NCBI GenBank assembly: GCA_050253075.1
Contig: JBFWJS010000003.1
Coordinates: 245,458 to 309,457 of the forward strand
DNA length: 64,000 bases
Reading direction: 5' to 3'
DNA from: Deferribacterales bacterium
GTDB taxonomy: Bacteria; Chrysiogenota; Deferribacteres; Deferribacterales; Geovibrionaceae
Made by a program: the position numbers and the translations under genes. Below the pieces are notes generated by a model, which was given only the letters and a program-made list of their open reading frames with translations, was not told the origin of the DNA and searched no databases. Below, one piece after another: positions 61,827 to 64,000 of the stretch; the stretch's first letter is position 1; every line of letters begins with the position of its first letter.

Positions 61827-63236
61827 TTATATTTCGTACACTCTTATAAGGTTTGTCGAGCCTGCGGAACCCAGAGGGATACCGCTCGTTATGACGATCT
61901 TATCACCTTTTTTAGCAAATCCTTTTGATACGGCGAGCTGTGCAGCTCTGGAGAACATCTCCTCCGCATCTTCGAATCCTTCGGACAGCCCCGGTATCAC
62001 ACCCCAGGATATATTCATCTTACGATAGGTAGCAAGGTTCGGCGTGAGCCCCAGAATAGGGCATTCAGGGCGGAAGCGTGCGACGCTCCTAGCTGTGAAG
62101 CCTGAGTTTGTATATGCTATGATGGCTTTGGCTCCGAGGTCTTTGGCGAGCCAGCTCGCAGACCTGCCCACAGCCCATGCCACAGTCTTGTCCGAGACGT
62201 GTTCTTCGCTAGATATGTTCAGGTTGTACTGTATGTTGTTTTCCGTTGTGCGGGCTATCCTGTCCATCACGGCGACAGCCTCCACGGGGTATTCCCCCGC
62301 TGCGGTCTCCTCAGACAGCATTACGGCGCATGTGCCGTCGAATATGGCGTTTGCCACGTCGGTACACTCCGCACGGGTAGGGCGATAGTTCGACACCATG
62401 CTCTTGAGCATCTGTGTGGCTGTGATGATCACTTTCCCTTCCTTGCGGGCGGCTTTGATTATCTGCTTTTGTATCACAGGCACTTCATAAAGCGACATTT
62501 CGACACCGAGGTCTCCACGGGCGACCATTATGCCGTCCACCATGTCCAGTATCTCTTTTATGTTTTTCACCGCCTGCGGCTTTTCTATCTTTGCTACCAG
62601 CAGGGGCTGATTCTTATCACGTTTTATCATGTCGCTGATGACGACGAGGTCTGCGGCATTACGCACAAATGAGAGCGCAACGACATCCACTCCTTTCATC
62701 AGCCCGTATTTGAGGTCTGCCTTATCCTTTTCGGTGAAGGCTACAATGCTGAGCTCGGAGGAGGGCATGTTCACCCCTTTTTTGGTATAGGCTGTCCCGC
62801 CGTTCAGCACTCGGCATGTTACATTCTCGCCTGTGATGTCCTCCACCATGATGTCCATAGCACCATCGGCAAGTAGTATTCTGTCGCCTATGGATAGATC
62901 CTTCGCCAGAGAATCATACTGCACGGGGATGACACCTTCCTTTGCGTGGGCTTCGGCCGCTATCACGCATGTGTCGCCTGGCTTGAGAACTATCCCTTCC
63001 TCCGGGAGTGTGCCGAGGCGTATCTTCGGCCCGCAGAGGTCCTGTAAAATGCTGACGCATACGCCTTTTTCGTCGGCTATCTCACGTACGAGGTCTATCA
63101 TTTCTCCGTGGCTTTCGTGTGTGCCGTGGGAAAAATTCAGGCGGACGACATCGAGCCCCGCATCTATCATATTCGAAATAGTTTCTCTATCGCATGAAGC
63201 AGGTCCCAGAGTCGCTACTATTTTGGTCTTTCTCAT
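61827..63236 (-). CDS. pyk: pyruvate kinase
   Basis: TKIVATLGPA, RLNFSHG, MVARGDLGVE, TATQML.SM. Confidence 0.97.
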   Translation of the reverse strand: MRKTKIVATLGPASCDRETISNMIDAGLDVVRLNFSHGTHESHGEMIDLVREIADEKGVCVSILQDLCGPKIRLGTLPEEGIVLKPGDTCVIAAEAHAKEGVIPVQYDSLAKDLSIGDRILLADGAMDIMVEDITGENVTCRVLNGGTAYTKKGVNMPSSELSIVAFTEKDKADLKYGLMKGVDVVALSFVRNAADLVVISDMIKRDKNQPLLVAKIEKPQAVKNIKEILDMVDGIMVARGDLGVEMSLYEVPVIQKQIIKAARKEGKVIITATQMLKSMVSNYRPTRAECTDVANAIFDGTCAVMLSEETAAGEYPVEAVAVMDRIARTTENNIQYNLNISSEEHVSDKTVAWAVGRSASWLAKDLGAKAIIAYTNSGFTARSVARFRPECPILGLTPNLATYRKMNISWGVIPGLSEGFEDAEEMFSRAAQLAVSKGFAKKGDKIVITSGIPLGSAGSTNLIRVYEI

Positions 63237-63361
63237 TGTTTTCTCCGTATCAATAAACATATTAAAAGAATAAGTGATGTTTCATTAACTTACAAGACTA
63301 CTTTGATCATAGAAATATTAAGTTAAAGTTTGTCTATACGGCATTAAAGATACAAAAAAGC

Positions 63362-63395
63362 TTGACATCTCTTATTGATAATGATAATCAATATT
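63362..63395 (+). promoter_or_regulatory. sigma70 promoter with overlapping Fur box
   Basis: TTGACA at 63362; GATAATGATAATCAATATT at 63377-63395 (17/19 to the Fur consensus). Confidence 0.75.
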
Positions 63396-63419
63396 ATAAA
63401 GTTTATTTGAGGTACTATT

Positions 63420-63746
63420 ATGAAGGTAAGTGTAGTCGGCGGACTTGCACGCAGAGAAAAGGAATACGAGCAGGCATTGAAAAAAGTAGGATTCAAGGCG
63501 AAGGTCTTCAATACTAAGTCGGCACGCATGGACGAGTCTCTGAAATGCTCCGAATGCGTAATACTGCTTACAAAGCTGTCCAGCCACAACATGGCAAACG
63601 CAGCTAAAAAAATATGTAAGAAACATAACATACCTCTGGTATGTCTTGATAAAACAAGCCCTGAGTCAGTAACATGCGCTCTGGCAGACTATATAGAATG
63701 TGATACTTGTGAATTTGCAGCACTCTGCGGCAGGAGAGCAAATTGA
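63420..63746 (+). CDS. DUF2325-family protein
   Basis: VSVVGG, VILLT..SSH.M...AK...K....P; C-terminal CxxCxxxxxC. Confidence 0.75.
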   Translation: MKVSVVGGLARREKEYEQALKKVGFKAKVFNTKSARMDESLKCSECVILLTKLSSHNMANAAKKICKKHNIPLVCLDKTSPESVTCALADYIECDTCEFAALCGRRAN

Positions 63747-64000
63747 GCGTGGATGCAAACCTCAGACTGTTCTCTCACATGGTATACGAATATAAAAAGG
63801 GTGTACGCAGGCTCGCCATGTATACCTGCGACGACCATGAGTGCAGATTCTGTGTTAAAAAACTGGAAAAGAGCGGCATAAGCTATATGGTGACAAAGGC
63901 GAGAGACGGGAAGACAAATATCTTCTTCGGAGACTGCCCGTGTATCAGCATCATAGAGAGCTTCGGTAAAGACAGGCTGAACGAGTTCGACGCGAAGGAA
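63743..64000 (+). CDS. DUF2023-family protein, truncated by the window end (not in the ORF track)
   Basis: TTG start after AGGAG; hand translation ...FSHMVYEYKKGVRRLAMYT...TNIFFGDCPC... Confidence 0.75.
   Translation, partial: MSVDANLRLFSHMVYEYKKGVRRLAMYTCDDHECRFCVKKLEKSGISYMVTKARDGKTNIFFGDCPCISIIESFGKDRLNEFDAKE

Overview
A 64-kb bacterial chromosome segment. Gene content and protein style suggest a Deferribacterota (Denitrovibrio/Geovibrio-like) organism; this is inference only. Left part: an A2-type cytochrome c oxidase operon (cytochrome c553, SCO, CoxA/C/D, di-heme CoxB, heme O synthase), and an octaheme Hao-family cytochrome divergent from a heme-c-sensing two-component system. Middle: an MCP split by one in-frame TAG, gltX-glnS, an amino-acid export cluster with a radical SAM gene, a class II photolyase and two large acidic lipoproteins. 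Right part: a Mo-nitrogenase region (nifA, fdx, nifZ, draT/draG, nifHDKT, nifENX, DUF269, nifV, nifB) with readable sigma54, NifA and IHF sites. Highlights: (1) an 87-aa HMA-type protein missing from the ORF track, with an in-frame TGA in a UxxC motif and a SECIS-like hairpin (probable selenoprotein), divergent from a Cys-rich pseudokinase; (2) a macrodomain-like gene coupled to draG, a possible third ADP-ribosylation component; (3) an O2-sensor-type Cys motif in NifA; (4) a family of intergenic GTCA(T/C)-starting palindromic repeats. No rRNA, tRNA, CRISPR array or transposase was recognised. All calls rest on reading the sequence and motif recognition; no searches were run.
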